From assembly GCA_965649765.1 (NCBI GenBank), contig OZ287748.1:58032001-58096000 (forward strand): DNA of 64,000 bases. The letters are read 5' to 3'. The notes under the pieces are model-generated. The model worked only from the letters and a program-made list of their open reading frames with translations, searched no databases and had not been told where the DNA came from. The stretch is from Bispira polyomma. Its lineage: Eukaryota. The position numbers were made by a program, and so were the translations under genes. Shown in pieces: positions 38,369-50,269 of this stretch (position 1 is the stretch's first letter; each line of letters opens with the position of its first letter).

Positions 38369-40079
38369 AAGTCCTCAAATTTTGAAATATGTTGCAAAAA
38401 AATATGATATTTTTTCGGATTTTATTTTTGGATAGCCAAGTGTAAAACTGATATCATATGGCACATGCTAAAGCATCACGGTGCAAGAGATCTCAGGCAG
38501 CATCAGTAAGGTCACCTGCACCACCCCCAATTCGGGGTACTGAAACTGTGGATACCCTAATAGTAATTCTAAGAATAAGAGCAATTCTTATAATAAGAAT
38601 CTTTGTCAATGCGGCCCCAGGCGACAACACAACATATTGTACATGTTACCACACTATAGCCAAAACACATCTGTCTACCCAAGAGCAATAGAAATTGTCA
38701 TTATTGACAATTAAAACATTAGTCAATGAAAGGAAGATTGATTTCATGAAGTTACTTGTGAAACACCTTGGAAAAACACGTATGCTATGTTTTTTCTGGT
38801 GGACCCAATTTGTTGATTTACTGCACAGCAAAATAAATCTTATTCAATCTCATGTTTAACCTTTTTTAAATGTATGTGTGCAAGGTTATTGTTGTGTTTT
38901 CTCAAACCCTCCATATTTTTATGCAATATCCATATATATTTTAAACTATTCAAAGCTGTTTGTCAACTTTCCATCAAATGCTTTTGTGTCCATTATGTTT
39001 TGTGGGATGAAGTCCATAAGCCTGCTTATCAAACACTGTGGATTCGTGGCCTATTTACAGTTGAAACCTTCACAGTTCATGAAGTCCAGTTAATGTTTTG
39101 TCCCTGCATACTCCATAAGCAGGTGAACTGTATATAACAGTCAGTAAAAAAATAACTATGGAAAAAAATCGCTATCATCAGAGTTTAATTTGAGCTTAAA
39201 CAGACCTTACTTTAAGGTGACCGTAACTTTAGCTTAGTGGCTACTCACTTTGAGGTAGTCGTAATTTAAACTTTTGAGGGTTCACTTTAAGTTGAACTTT
39301 AAACCTTGACTTCTTGTTACCTTACCTTAACCTCAGTTTTCATTGAGGTGACCACAACTTAAACTTAAGTGGGGGTTCCACATTCAGGATTTGATCCCCG
39401 ACCTTCCCGACTTTGAGGTCCGGGACACGTACGGGAAGGTCGGGGAGCAAAAACGGGGTGGTCGGGAAGGTTGGGAAGAATATAAAAAAAGTTAGATATT
39501 TTGAAAATGGTCCCGACTTTTGGTCCCAGACCTCAAAGTCGGGACCATCAATACATTCGATCCTATTGCCAATACGTTCTGTCGGATAGGTCGGGGCGCA
39601 CTGCCGGCCTGTCCTATTGCCGGCCCGGCCTTTCCTTTTGGGATCCGCCCCTTTTTCAATACGACAGGCTGGGCCACCAATCTGATCGAATTTATTTGAT
39701 TCTGGACTTGAGGTATTACTCCCCGATCGTACTTTTTGTCACCCCGGCAGAACTTGGTGTGAATACGTTTTTTTAACCCGATCAAACTTAACACAGCAGG
39801 ACAGAACGTATTGGCTATCAGATCTGCCGGGAGAGGTAAAAGATCGAACGGGGGGAGGATAGGACAGAACTTATCAGCAGTAGGATCTGACATATTCAGT
39901 ACCGACCAGTAGGATCGAACTTATGCAGTATGGGGTGTTTCTGTATAAAAACATCCCGTCAGTACTGGACTCGTTGTATTTAGAGATTGCCGACTGGTAC
40001 TTGAAGTTGTGTTTTTTGTACAAGGGTTTTTATTGTTTTTAAAGCTTAGGTTTATTTTTATCATAACACAACATTAAAG

Positions 40080-41742
40080 ATGTCTAGATTGAGGAGAGTC
40101 AAGAGGAAGATTGTGGAGAAGGAGAGAGAGAAGGAGTTTGAAGTGGGAGTTTCGTCTGATGAGATAGAGAGGAAGAAGAAATGACAGGGGGAGTCCGACA
40201 ATGAGTGAGAGAGCAGAGAGTGAGAGAGAGGATGCTTCACAAAAATTGCCTGGATCTTCACAGTACAGAGGACGTGTGAAGAAGGCAGGGAAGATAGTCC
40301 ACGTCATACTGACAGAGGAGGACGAGGAAGCAGTCGTGGATTTTGTCAGAGACAACAAGGTGCTTTTTAACAAGTGCCACAAACAGTTCAAGGACAGGAC
40401 AGTGAAGGAGAAGTTGTGGTTCGATTTTGCAGCTACCCATGGTTTGAAAACCAACAAGGTTAGGACTTGGTTTGAGTCACAGAAGACCCGCTTCGGAAAG
40501 TTGATGGTTAAGAAGTCTGGACAAGCCGCACCTGATTTTACAGAGGGATAGAACTGGCTGATCCCGCGCTTCTCCTTTCTGGGATCACTCATCGTCAGGC
40601 ATGTCAAGTCTTCAGGCTTCAAGCCCAGCACGACGTCCACTCAGGGATTGTCACCACCCCACCAGGGAAGCCATGATATGTCAAGATGCCCCAGCATCGG
40701 AGGAGAGGGCGACAGCATCACAGAGACCAGCTCCAGGAGCCTCCAGAGAAGTTCTCCATCTCGACTCAGCTCAGACGCCAACCAGATGCTAGAAGAGCAC
40801 CTCGCGCATATCAGGACACTGATGAGTAGCTTGGTTGGAGAACAGAGAAGTCCCCAGAAGCCTGTGACCAACCGTAGAGCCTTTTTCGCCTACCTAGCAG
40901 CCCAGGCAGAGAAGTTGGACGAGGGCAAGTTTCAGAAGTTCCGAGACAGCACCTTCTCCTGCCTCAACCAGATCCAGCAAGGCAGAAGTCAACCCGTCAG
41001 AAGTGCCTTCGCCAGACCAGCTCTGATGTCTACCCTGTCGCGAGCGCCTGGATCGAGCTACGTCCCCCAGCAGCTTGTGCAACAGTCTCAGAATCCTCAG
41101 CTTGTGGTGATGGATAAAACTTCAGAGTCTTCGGCTGTTGGCCAGAAGCCCGCGTTTCAACAACAGAACTTTCCATCCCAGCAGTCTCAGCTTCCACCAC
41201 AGTTCGTTGTGGTGGAAACAGCTACAGAGTTTTTAGCTGCTGGGTCGTCACGGCAGAAGCCTGCTACCACGTTTCAACAACAGAACTTTCCGTCCCAGCA
41301 GTCTCAGCACCCACCACAGTATGTTGTGGTGGGTACAGCTACAGAGTCTTTGGCTGCTGGGTCATCGCACAGTGTGAAGTCGCCGACTTACTTCAGCATG
41401 GAAGAACATTCAGGGGTTGCTACTAAGTTGAAGATGCCAAGCATTTCTCCTAGTAAGCAGTACTCAAACCCACCTTCTAATGCGTCTTTGTTTCAGGAGT
41501 CCGTGCACAACACGTCAACGTTTTCAAACTTTATGAGGAAGTACAACAGCGAACTACCCTAGAACTTTGGATATGAGACAGTTAGTACCAGCACCCCAAG
41601 AATATTGGTTACGCCTTTACCTGTAGACAATCAGCAGTCCCAAGTGGTCCTGATCGACAACACTCAGCATCAGCTACACCTCCAGCCCGCTTCACCAGCA
41701 CCGTCTATCTCTACCACTCCACGACCAACACCACCGCAGTAG
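40080..41742 (+). pseudogene. Harbinger DNA-binding protein (MADF domain, BESS-like helix, Q/S-rich tail)
   Basis: VDFVRDNKVLFNKCHKQFKD..KEKLW..VRTWFESQKTRFGK; in-frame TAG at 40549 and 41560, frameshift near 40170; 117-bp internal duplication. Confidence 0.8.
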
Positions 41743-41989
41743 CCAGTCAGCATTCTCCAAAGGGGTGGTGTGTTTCGAGCCACCCCAGGGTCACCTCTGG
41801 CCCTTTTTTTTTTTTTAGACAAAAATAAATAACCTCGTGAGATAAAAATTTTCCAAATGAATGGTCACACAACTTTTTTGATTTTAACCCTTTTTTGCCC
41901 AAAACAACTGGCACAAAGGGTTTTCATTATGTCTGTCTGTAGGGCTTTTAACATTTTCAATGTTTAGTGGGGGGACTGGTTAAGTTGTA

Positions 41990-43037
41990 TGTATGTAGGG
42001 GTCCTGGGTTCCCTACTGGATATCCTGTAGTTACAAATTATCTGTGCATGGGTGAGTTCCTTCCTTGAGTTCCTTGAGTCATCCACGTTTTCAGGGCAAA
42101 GGTGTCGTCCCCCAGCAAGAAGTATTCCACGTCACGTCGAGACCCCTCAAACAGTGGTGCAGCTCTGGGCAGCCCAATGGAACCATCTTCTATCTTCTGC
42201 TTGAGCTCTGAGAGGTTAAAAATTTGGGCGTTGGAACAGGAACCACTACAGCAAATGTCCACCCAAATAAATCTGTAGTCCGCATCAACCAGGGCAAATG
42301 GGACAATGGAGTGGAAGCCTTTGTAGTTGTAAAATTCGCTCCCAGCCTTGGGAGGCTTCTTGATGGCCACGTGCTTCCCATCAATAGATCCAACAGCATG
42401 AGGGATATTCCACCTGTTCCTGTAGACTTCTTCTATTTTCAGCCAGTCTGCGGGGATGGTTGGGCAGGCTAGATTTTCTGTCTCATATTCCCTAAAGATG
42501 GCCTTGCATACTTCTGGTATAAATTTGGTGATAGATGATTTCCCCACCCTGAACTGGTAGGACAGGGACCTGTAGCTCTCCCCAGTGGCCAGGTGCCTCA
42601 AAGTTCCAGCCAGTTTCAGTCCAACATCCAAGGGCTTTCTGAACCAAGCTATTTCTTTTTTCACATGGGGTGTTATCCTATCCTTGATTTCGTCAAATAT
42701 ATCAGGTGGTAGCTTGAAAAAATTCCTGTATGAGGCTGCATCCCCTTCCTGTAGCTCCGGCACTAAGTTTGTGTAGTAGCCTAGGGCCTCTCTGTCTGAT
42801 CCAAGGCTTGACCCAGCAGATGGGTGACATACGTGGAAGTCTAATCTTCTCCGGGGGAGCCAAAGGGGCGTGTGGTGGTGTTGGGTTCAAATCTTCCTGA
42901 GCCTGAGCCTGGGCCTTGTCTTTCTCATGTTGTAATATAAGCATGAGGATACATATTTCAATCTCAAAAAAAAAAACTAAAAATGTCCCTAGTCTCCTCA
43001 AAAAATCTTCATCACTTTTTCCTGGCATTGTACTCAA
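41990..43037 (-). pseudogene. Harbinger transposase, frameshifted and 3'-deleted
   Basis: LRHLATGESY, GSIDGKH, ALVDADYRF, LLGDDTF motifs; breaks off after CNYRISS, so the VENAFG Glu motif is missing. Confidence 0.88.
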
Positions 43038-44040
43038 TTACTCAATCATTAATGACCTGATTACTAAAACATTCCTGAGTTTTAGGGCTCAAAAAGAGGT
43101 ATTTATAGGATCTGGAAGCACTCCCGACTTCAACTTTCAGAAAGTTCAATCCTATTGGTCGGGATGACCAATACATCAGATCCTATAGTCAAAACGTTCG
43201 ATCCTAAGCCAATACGTTCGATCCTATCGTCAATAAATTTGATCCTATCAAGGTCGGGAAGGTCGGGGGTCAATGGAGTTCAAAGTTGTACGGCCTTTAC
43301 GTACGATCGAGTTTGCGGGCCTTCAAAACGGCGTGCAATAAGTTCGATCAGGAAGGTCGGGGCACATTTTCATTTTTCCGCCCAAAAAGTGGATTTTATT
43401 AATTTTTTGATTCCAACCTTCCCGGCTTTAAAATCGGGGTCTTTTTGCCAATCGAACTTGTATGTGGAACCCCCCCTTTAGGTACCCATAGCTGAATAAG
43501 GTGTGTGATGTTAGTTAGGATTTCTCAACACTGTGTGACCCTGACTCTTTTGCAGAAAAAATTTGTCCACTAACGAATCTCTATTGATCATACTGTGACT
43601 CCTGGTGATCTATCTATGTTATTCTTTGAATATAAAAAAGATAAATATACAATGACGTGTTCAGGAGTTCCCGAAAAAAAAAACTAAACTTATTTTGTCA
43701 TTGGGGTTCCCACCAAGGTACTGACCAAGATACTGGCCAACTGACACATTTCTTATTCATTTTTTGATATTTTATTGACAAAGCTGCTCTTGTTTGTGTA
43801 AACAAACCCAGAAGTAAACAAACTTGCAAGCCATAAGAGTTTTAGATTTATTCCAACAAGGTTATTATTGAGTAAGTGTAAAATGAGGGTACATTTTCCT
43901 AAACTTGATTGTTTTATTTAAAAGTAATTTTTCAGACATTCTGATTACCGAGTGCACACATGGCATTTGATTTGGACTTGAATCCGAACATCTGTTTATA
44001 GTGCAGCAAAATACCACACCATATATATGAAATAGTTAAA

Positions 44041-45504
44041 TTAGTCCATGAAACATTCTTTAATAATGTTCTTCTTACAAGACTTATATGGAAATTTGAA
44101 GAGAATATATTTATTGGATTGACACCAGTATGTGTCCTTCACTTTTAACTTATCCCACACAGGTTCATGAATACCTGGCTTTTTATCTCCAGGAGACTGG
44201 TTACCACAGGCTGCCTCAAATTGGTGGATTAGGAGAGCATTAGAAAAAGTATTGGTGGACATAGTCATAAGCACACAGTCTCCGTATGTCACTTGGAATG
44301 CCTTGCTCCATCGCGTTGCTTTGATATCCATATGCTCCTCCAAAAAACTCTTTAAAAGAAGACGTTGTTGCCCGATAGACGAATCCATAAAACTTGGTGT
44401 AAACTTTCTGCAAATACTACTGCAAAATGTTTTTATGCGCTTCAGAAGTGCCTTGAAATAAGCTACCTCGTCCCAGAATGATGGTGGTTGATTCCTTAAA
44501 ATGGTTCTGGATTTTGGAGAAAAATGCTCATAGATTACATAGTCTGCCAATGAAAATTCCCTATGTAGTCTCTTTAAATCTGCAGAGACACTTTCATTCC
44601 TTGTCGCGCTTTCTCTTTCACCACGTAGGTGTACAAGGTACAATATGTCCTTCATCTCCCAATGAAACAGTTCCTTCAAGTACACCAAACCTTCATTAAA
44701 TTGTTCGGACAAGATAACAAACTCTATTGTTTTATCCAAATAAGCAAGGTGTCGATTAATCGTCTCTATGCTATTGTTCATTGAGTCTTTGTACCCTAAA
44801 TCAAGGGCCTGTATATTTTTCACTCTGACAAAGTTGAGGTCGTGTCGAAAAGAATCGGTGTCGCTTTCCAGAAAAGCTTGTACTGGATCAGGAGAATTTT
44901 CTAAGTTGAATTTCTTGGCCAAGTCAAAATATTCAAAAGAAGACTCCAACTGGGAGAAGGGTTCACGTAAGGTTGCTATGTACTTTATGCCTGGCTGCAT
45001 GTACCTGTTAGAAACTGATTCATCAAACACCGCATGGTCACACATGATGTTGTATCTGGTAAAATTGTCACCCGCCGTAATATTTTCAATGAGGTACCTC
45101 ATTCTTGGAGTGTCTGGAAATGGTCGATAATGTTCACAGTTATACACAGCCACCTTCGAGTCATGCTTAACTGCGAACCTGTGCAGAATATTTTGCATTG
45201 TGGTGCTTCCAGTTTTATGAACTTTCATGTAATAGATATCTTTTACAGGTTGCAGTTCAGTTTCATTTATACTCTCCCCCTGAAAGTCACTGTTTAGAGA
45301 ACCATTGACAGCCCAAGCTCTATGTCTTGGGATAACCCTAGAGATTCCATTGTTTTCACTGTTGAACTCCTTTTGGTTCTTGAACTCAACAATCTCGGGC
45401 CCTGTAACCATTATATTTTGTCTTCTCAAAATCACTATTACAACAAGCCCACAGGATATTAAGATCAGAAGGAAACAATGAACAACCCTCTTGAACAATG
45501 TCAT
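44041..45504 (-). CDS. Galactose-3-O-sulfotransferase family protein (cerebroside sulfotransferase-like), Golgi type II membrane, 487 aa
   Basis: N-terminal TM; 5'-PSB motif KVHKTGSTT; 3'-PB motif LREPFSQLESSFEY; FNEGLVYLKELFHW and ADYVIYEHF motifs; uninterrupted ORF. Confidence 0.9.
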   Translation of the reverse strand: MTLFKRVVHCFLLILISCGLVVIVILRRQNIMVTGPEIVEFKNQKEFNSENNGISRVIPRHRAWAVNGSLNSDFQGESINETELQPVKDIYYMKVHKTGSTTMQNILHRFAVKHDSKVAVYNCEHYRPFPDTPRMRYLIENITAGDNFTRYNIMCDHAVFDESVSNRYMQPGIKYIATLREPFSQLESSFEYFDLAKKFNLENSPDPVQAFLESDTDSFRHDLNFVRVKNIQALDLGYKDSMNNSIETINRHLAYLDKTIEFVILSEQFNEGLVYLKELFHWEMKDILYLVHLRGERESATRNESVSADLKRLHREFSLADYVIYEHFSPKSRTILRNQPPSFWDEVAYFKALLKRIKTFCSSICRKFTPSFMDSSIGQQRLLLKSFLEEHMDIKATRWSKAFQVTYGDCVLMTMSTNTFSNALLIHQFEAACGNQSPGDKKPGIHEPVWDKLKVKDTYWCQSNKYILFKFPYKSCKKNIIKECFMD

Positions 45505-46676
45505 CCTTTCATCTATTTAAAAGCAATATTAATTCACGATTATTAACAAACAATACAGTCATCTCATATTTCAACAATACATTACTTTGTGATTTCAGTA
45601 GACTACTAAATCTCAAATACAAAGTTATTTCAATGTTTTGCATGTATTTCTATTTGCTTTCATGACAAACACAAACTGCTACATTGTCCCATGTTGTGAA
45701 AAAAATTGATTATGGACGTAAAAATACAATTATTGTGTCTATTGAATTGATTACAGACACACCCCAGTATAATGATTTGTGTGTGCATCTGCCCTGTATC
45801 CTGCATCAGTCTGTATCATTCTTAATGATTAAAACAAAAACAGCAAAATAACATTAAGTTTTTAACTGGTTAAACCAGCATTTGAGACTTGTCAAGTGAG
45901 AGGGATTGTGGTAAACACAATAAAAATCATCATATAACTATATTCCCTTTTTTTCACCAAAGATGGAAGAAGAACTGATTGGGCGGTATGGTAGGGTTTT
46001 CCAGAAGGTACTAGAAGGTATTGTAACTTGTCTTTCCGCCTCTTAAAGCAAACTTTTTTCAAATTTACAACATGACTGGGAAAACAAGAAAGCAGTATGT
46101 TTAGTAATGTACAATTCAGACTTACAACAACACAAGTTAAACTGTAACACAGTAAAAGAATTGCGGTAATATACTTATTAGTATGACTAGAGTGTTATAT
46201 CAAAAGTTTACTATATACAGTTTCAGCTTTTACAAAAGTGGGCATAAGGTAAACTTAAAGTCAAATCATTGAGGTACACGTAAGGGCACCATAAATTAGT
46301 TTAAGTTTATAAGAGAAGGGTGACATTAGGTCACTTCAAATTAAATTACAAATTTAAGGTCACCACAAGTTGGCCATAAATTAGATTGAATCGGTTCAGT
46401 ATGAGGTGACCCTAGCTTGAGTTTGAAAGAATGTTTTTAAGGGGTATGCGAGTTAAAGGGGGCCATTTGGTGGCCAAAGTTTCAGTTTAAGCATACCCAA
46501 AGGTAATCTAGCAAAATTTTAAAATGTACTCTGAATGATTACATTATGGATTGAAGTGTAAGTTGACCTTATGCCCAGGACTGTGTACTGTCCAGTTTTA
46601 TATTTTATTTCACATTAAAGTTGTATATGTTCTTCTTCCAGCTGACCAGAGGCCAGACCACCAAACCCAGAGACAC

Positions 46677-47662
46677 CTAGGAGTTGGACTGGAGGGCATT
46701 TCTGAAAGAATCAGCAACCTGGGAGCCAGCAAAAGCAGAGTCTGTAATATATCTCCACACGCAGTCCGACGTCCAGGTGCCATGACGTTGAATGTCCTGC
46801 ACATTGACGTTATTATTAAACGCAAATGTGGCACCCGAACGTCGGAACGCATGAAAAGTAAGATTCGCCTGCTGACAGCCCAGCAGCTGCAGAACATTTT
46901 TTAGATGTCACCTGACCCGAGTATCAGTAAAAGGGCCCCAAGTATTACCAACCTTGTATTGAAACAAAGGAGCATTAGAGCCAGTGGGGGATAACGCTAA
47001 TACGTTTCTAATGGCCGTCACAGGACATAAGCTGGAACGTGGGATGACTGGGATAGTTATCAATCTAATAGCATTGTTTGCCTGCAAGGTCTTTGACCAT
47101 TTGATCAGTAACATTACATAACCTGGTTTGAAAAGAACATCACCCCTGGCAAGATGTTTTGTAGGAGAAAAAGCCGCCATTGAATGGGGGCAAAGGTTGG
47201 AAAGTCTCAAAAAACTAAAAAAACTAGTAAGATAAACAGCTTTAAAAATTTGACCCATATAGGTACTGTCACATTTATCTACCAGAGCTGTGAGAAGGGG
47301 AATATCAAAGATGCTTTTAAGTTTTACCTGAAGTGGTCTATGAGTAATCAGAGCACGATTAAAGTATGAAATTCGGGGGTCTGCAAAGCAGTCCACTTTT
47401 ATATGATACAAAATACACTTGGCTTTAACTGCTGACAAGTAGTTAGCGATTTGCGTGGCCGATACTGAGTTAAAGTTCAGAAATTCTAGAAAACATAGAA
47501 GTCTAAGTACAGTCACCTGAGTGGGGGCCCAATTCATGAAGGCCCCGAAGGCAAGGAAGACTCTGAACATATTATCATAGGCCCGAGCTGTGGAAACCGC
47601 AAAAGCAGAGTGGAGCCGCTTATAGGCTCGACCCGTCAGCAGTAAATCCAGTGGGTGAGAGG
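46677..47662 (-). pseudogene. Tyrosine recombinase with one internal TGA (46908-46910)
   Basis: FLRLSN (R), WSKT (K), HAFRRSGA (HxxR), HGTW, WRY (Y). Confidence 0.88.
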
Positions 47663-47684
47663 CTATAACACAAATAGAGATACA

Positions 47685-49223
47685 TTATAGACTATTATCC
47701 AGCTGTAAGAACGTGGTATCAACATGCAACCATCTTACTGGGCCTGCCCATTGAGCCAACAACTGGTTATTATTACTAACTTTATCCCATCGTGAAAGGA
47801 GATCAGCAATTTTATTTTTGACACCCATAATGTGAATCACCCTTATCTCAATGTCAAAGCGACCAGCCCACATGTAAATGTTTCTCATATAAGAGGCCAA
47901 AGTGGGGTCCTGAGTTCTGCCAGATTCCAGTACACTGGCTACAGCCTGATTGTCGCATTTAAAAAGGACTTTTTGCCCTTGCCAGGAAGCAGACCAAATT
48001 TTTAATGCTACCAGGATATTCAGCATCTCAAGGGAGGCAATATTGTCCTCAGTCATATTTTGGGGAATTGTAAGATTGTACACCTGATCACCACAGATAC
48101 CCCCCATGCCTGTGAGGCATGCATCTAGCTCTACCTGGGCATGCACCGGCTTGTGAGAGAAAAAATTTACACCATTGAACTGTTCAACAAATACATGAAA
48201 CCATTGCAAGTCCTTGCGAAAATCCGGGGTAATTTTAAACCTATTTTTACCATAATTGTCGGGCAATAATTGCAGCATCCTGTTCAGGAATACCCGTGCG
48301 TATTTGACGCACTTGGCTATGTAAAGTAAAGAACCCAATAACGATTGCAACTCTCGTTTAGTACAGTATATTTTGTTCACCCTCATTGAGCATTTCTCTT
48401 TTATTTCATGCAATTTCTCCTCTGGTATAGAGGTAGTAAAAGTTTCTGTGTTTATGAGAATGCCCAAGCAAACGACTTTGGTACTGGGTGGAACCAGTTT
48501 CTTGGCACTGACCGTGAGACCAAGCTCACTCAGTAATTCTTGCAATCGATTATAAATAGGAGTGATTTTACTAGGCAAATTTACCACAAGAATATCGTCG
48601 ATGTAATTGTGTATATTAAATTCCTCAGCTTTCATTATGAACCTTACTGCATCCGACAAACGTTGAAAGATAGTACTGCCGTTCTGATAACCGAACAGCA
48701 AGCACTTATCAATGTAAAAGCCCTTCCAGCTCAGTCCAAGTAAATTAATATCCCCAGGGTCAATAGGTACGTGACGAAACGCGCGACTCACGTCTACCTT
48801 AAACAGTAAGCATCCTCTGCCTAGCCTTATGACGTCACTGGTTAAATTATCGATGGAGGGGTAAGACAGTAAGAATTCTGTATCTAGGTAAGAAGAGGCA
48901 GAAGCCCCTGAATTAACTGAGTGGCCAAGGGGCCAACTAAGATCCACTATTACTTGCCTATTAGCAGAACTCGATTTGTCTCTGGTCATCATTGGTGACA
49001 TGTAGAGTTCATTGATTGGTGGTTCATTAAAAGGTCCAAGAATTGCACCGAATTTACATTCGTCCTCCAAGTACGTTTCAACGTGCTCGGGGTACTCATT
49101 GGCGGAACTATGGTTACAATTTTCTGATTGGTCAATGTTTTTACGATTAACATCCAACGGAAAACCATACTTTACAAGGAGGGGTACTTGCCAATCCCAA
49201 TAGCCTTTAAGGTATTTTCCCAT
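47685..49223 (-). CDS. DIRS reverse transcriptase / RNase H (C-terminal part of a frameshifted ORF2 starting near 50263)
   Basis: FKVDVSRAFRHVP, YIDD, LDACLTGMG, LEMLNIL, CDNQAV, NKIADLLSR. Confidence 0.9.
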   Translation of the reverse strand: MGKYLKGYWDWQVPLLVKYGFPLDVNRKNIDQSENCNHSSANEYPEHVETYLEDECKFGAILGPFNEPPINELYMSPMMTRDKSSSANRQVIVDLSWPLGHSVNSGASASSYLDTEFLLSYPSIDNLTSDVIRLGRGCLLFKVDVSRAFRHVPIDPGDINLLGLSWKGFYIDKCLLFGYQNGSTIFQRLSDAVRFIMKAEEFNIHNYIDDILVVNLPSKITPIYNRLQELLSELGLTVSAKKLVPPSTKVVCLGILINTETFTTSIPEEKLHEIKEKCSMRVNKIYCTKRELQSLLGSLLYIAKCVKYARVFLNRMLQLLPDNYGKNRFKITPDFRKDLQWFHVFVEQFNGVNFFSHKPVHAQVELDACLTGMGGICGDQVYNLTIPQNMTEDNIASLEMLNILVALKIWSASWQGQKVLFKCDNQAVASVLESGRTQDPTLASYMRNIYMWAGRFDIEIRVIHIMGVKNKIADLLSRWDKVSNNNQLLAQWAGPVRWLHVDTTFLQLDNSL

Positions 49224-50233
49224 TGGTCTAATTGAGATTTTACAGCCAATTGCAATCCCTTAAAATTGTGCCTGCCATCATGTCGTAATTTATTGTGCAT
49301 TTGGAAAATGCTAAGCCCGTGATTTGTATTGCCATTGTCCACTATTTTTTTCCCTAGGGTAGTAAGGGGAGTGAATCCGTACTCAACATTACTCTGTGAG
49401 CACCATGCATTATATGTACTATCACATCTGGCTTTAGCCAACAATTCCCGTTTATTTTTCTTTTGTTTTAATTCAAGTGAATATTTGTCACTGCACTCCA
49501 TGGTCTCTTTAGAATCATGTATGGGTGAAGTACATTGCATTACCTGATGTGAGTTATTGTCACTGCCCTCAATAGTGTCAAGATTTTTGTTAGACACGGC
49601 TATGGGATTTGAATTTTTTTACATAAGTGTTTGCTCGACTGGTCCCCACAAAATCAAGCTTAGTGTTGTTTGCTTTTAATATGGTCTTGGCGGCCCACTC
49701 TCCCTCACCATTGTTGTCACCAAGTACAACAGTGGTTTGGCTAAGTGGCAGAAATCTATTTTGTAGCAACACGCCATTGTTCTGGTTGACACTTTTAAAT
49801 ACCTTGACTGGGTGGGGGCTTGTTCCCCTCATCTTACCCACTTTCCTTTGTTTCAAATCACAATGTGATTTTTGCGCGACAGAAACAAAGGAGGGGGTAT
49901 TTCTATTGAGGAACTTCACACCTCCATCCCGAATGGCCTGTGGCCTTTCTGTGTTAATTTTGGAAACACACATCTGTTCACCTGACATTTTAATATTATT
50001 CTTGAAATTTGTACACATTTTGACACCTTTGGGACTCTTGGTGTGAATTCTCATTCTGTTAGTGCACAAATTTACACTATCACACTTTCTATGTACACTT
50101 TGAACAGCCTTGCTGTAAGAACAGCGAGTCTATTTACCTCTGTTATATACAAGCATTTTTGTCTCACCGATTTGTTAAACAAATGAGGTTCCTGAAAATT
50201 TGAATTGTAAAATTCCCTAGTCAAAACAACATT

Positions 50234-50269
50234 ACCCACTGCATTGCTGCAGTGGGCACTCAGTTTTTT
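50234..50269 (-). promoter_or_regulatory. Putative -1 programmed ribosomal frameshift signal at the gag/pol junction
   Basis: A AAA AAC heptamer directly before the gag TGA; 5-nt spacer; GCCCACTGCA-GCAA-TGCAGTGGGT stem-loop. Confidence 0.65.

Larger units (their letters stand above)
39368..43477. mobile_element. PIF/Harbinger transposon (4110 bp) with convergent MADF/Myb-SANT and transposase genes
   Basis: TIR AG(T/G)GGGGGTTCCACAT; TTA TSD at 39365-39367 and 43478-43480; subterminal GTCGGG(A/G) repeats. Confidence 0.93.

Noticed and set aside
46610-46897. Separate 95-aa ORF after the recombinase
   Set aside because: Wrong frame; the YR frame continues through a single TGA to 46677
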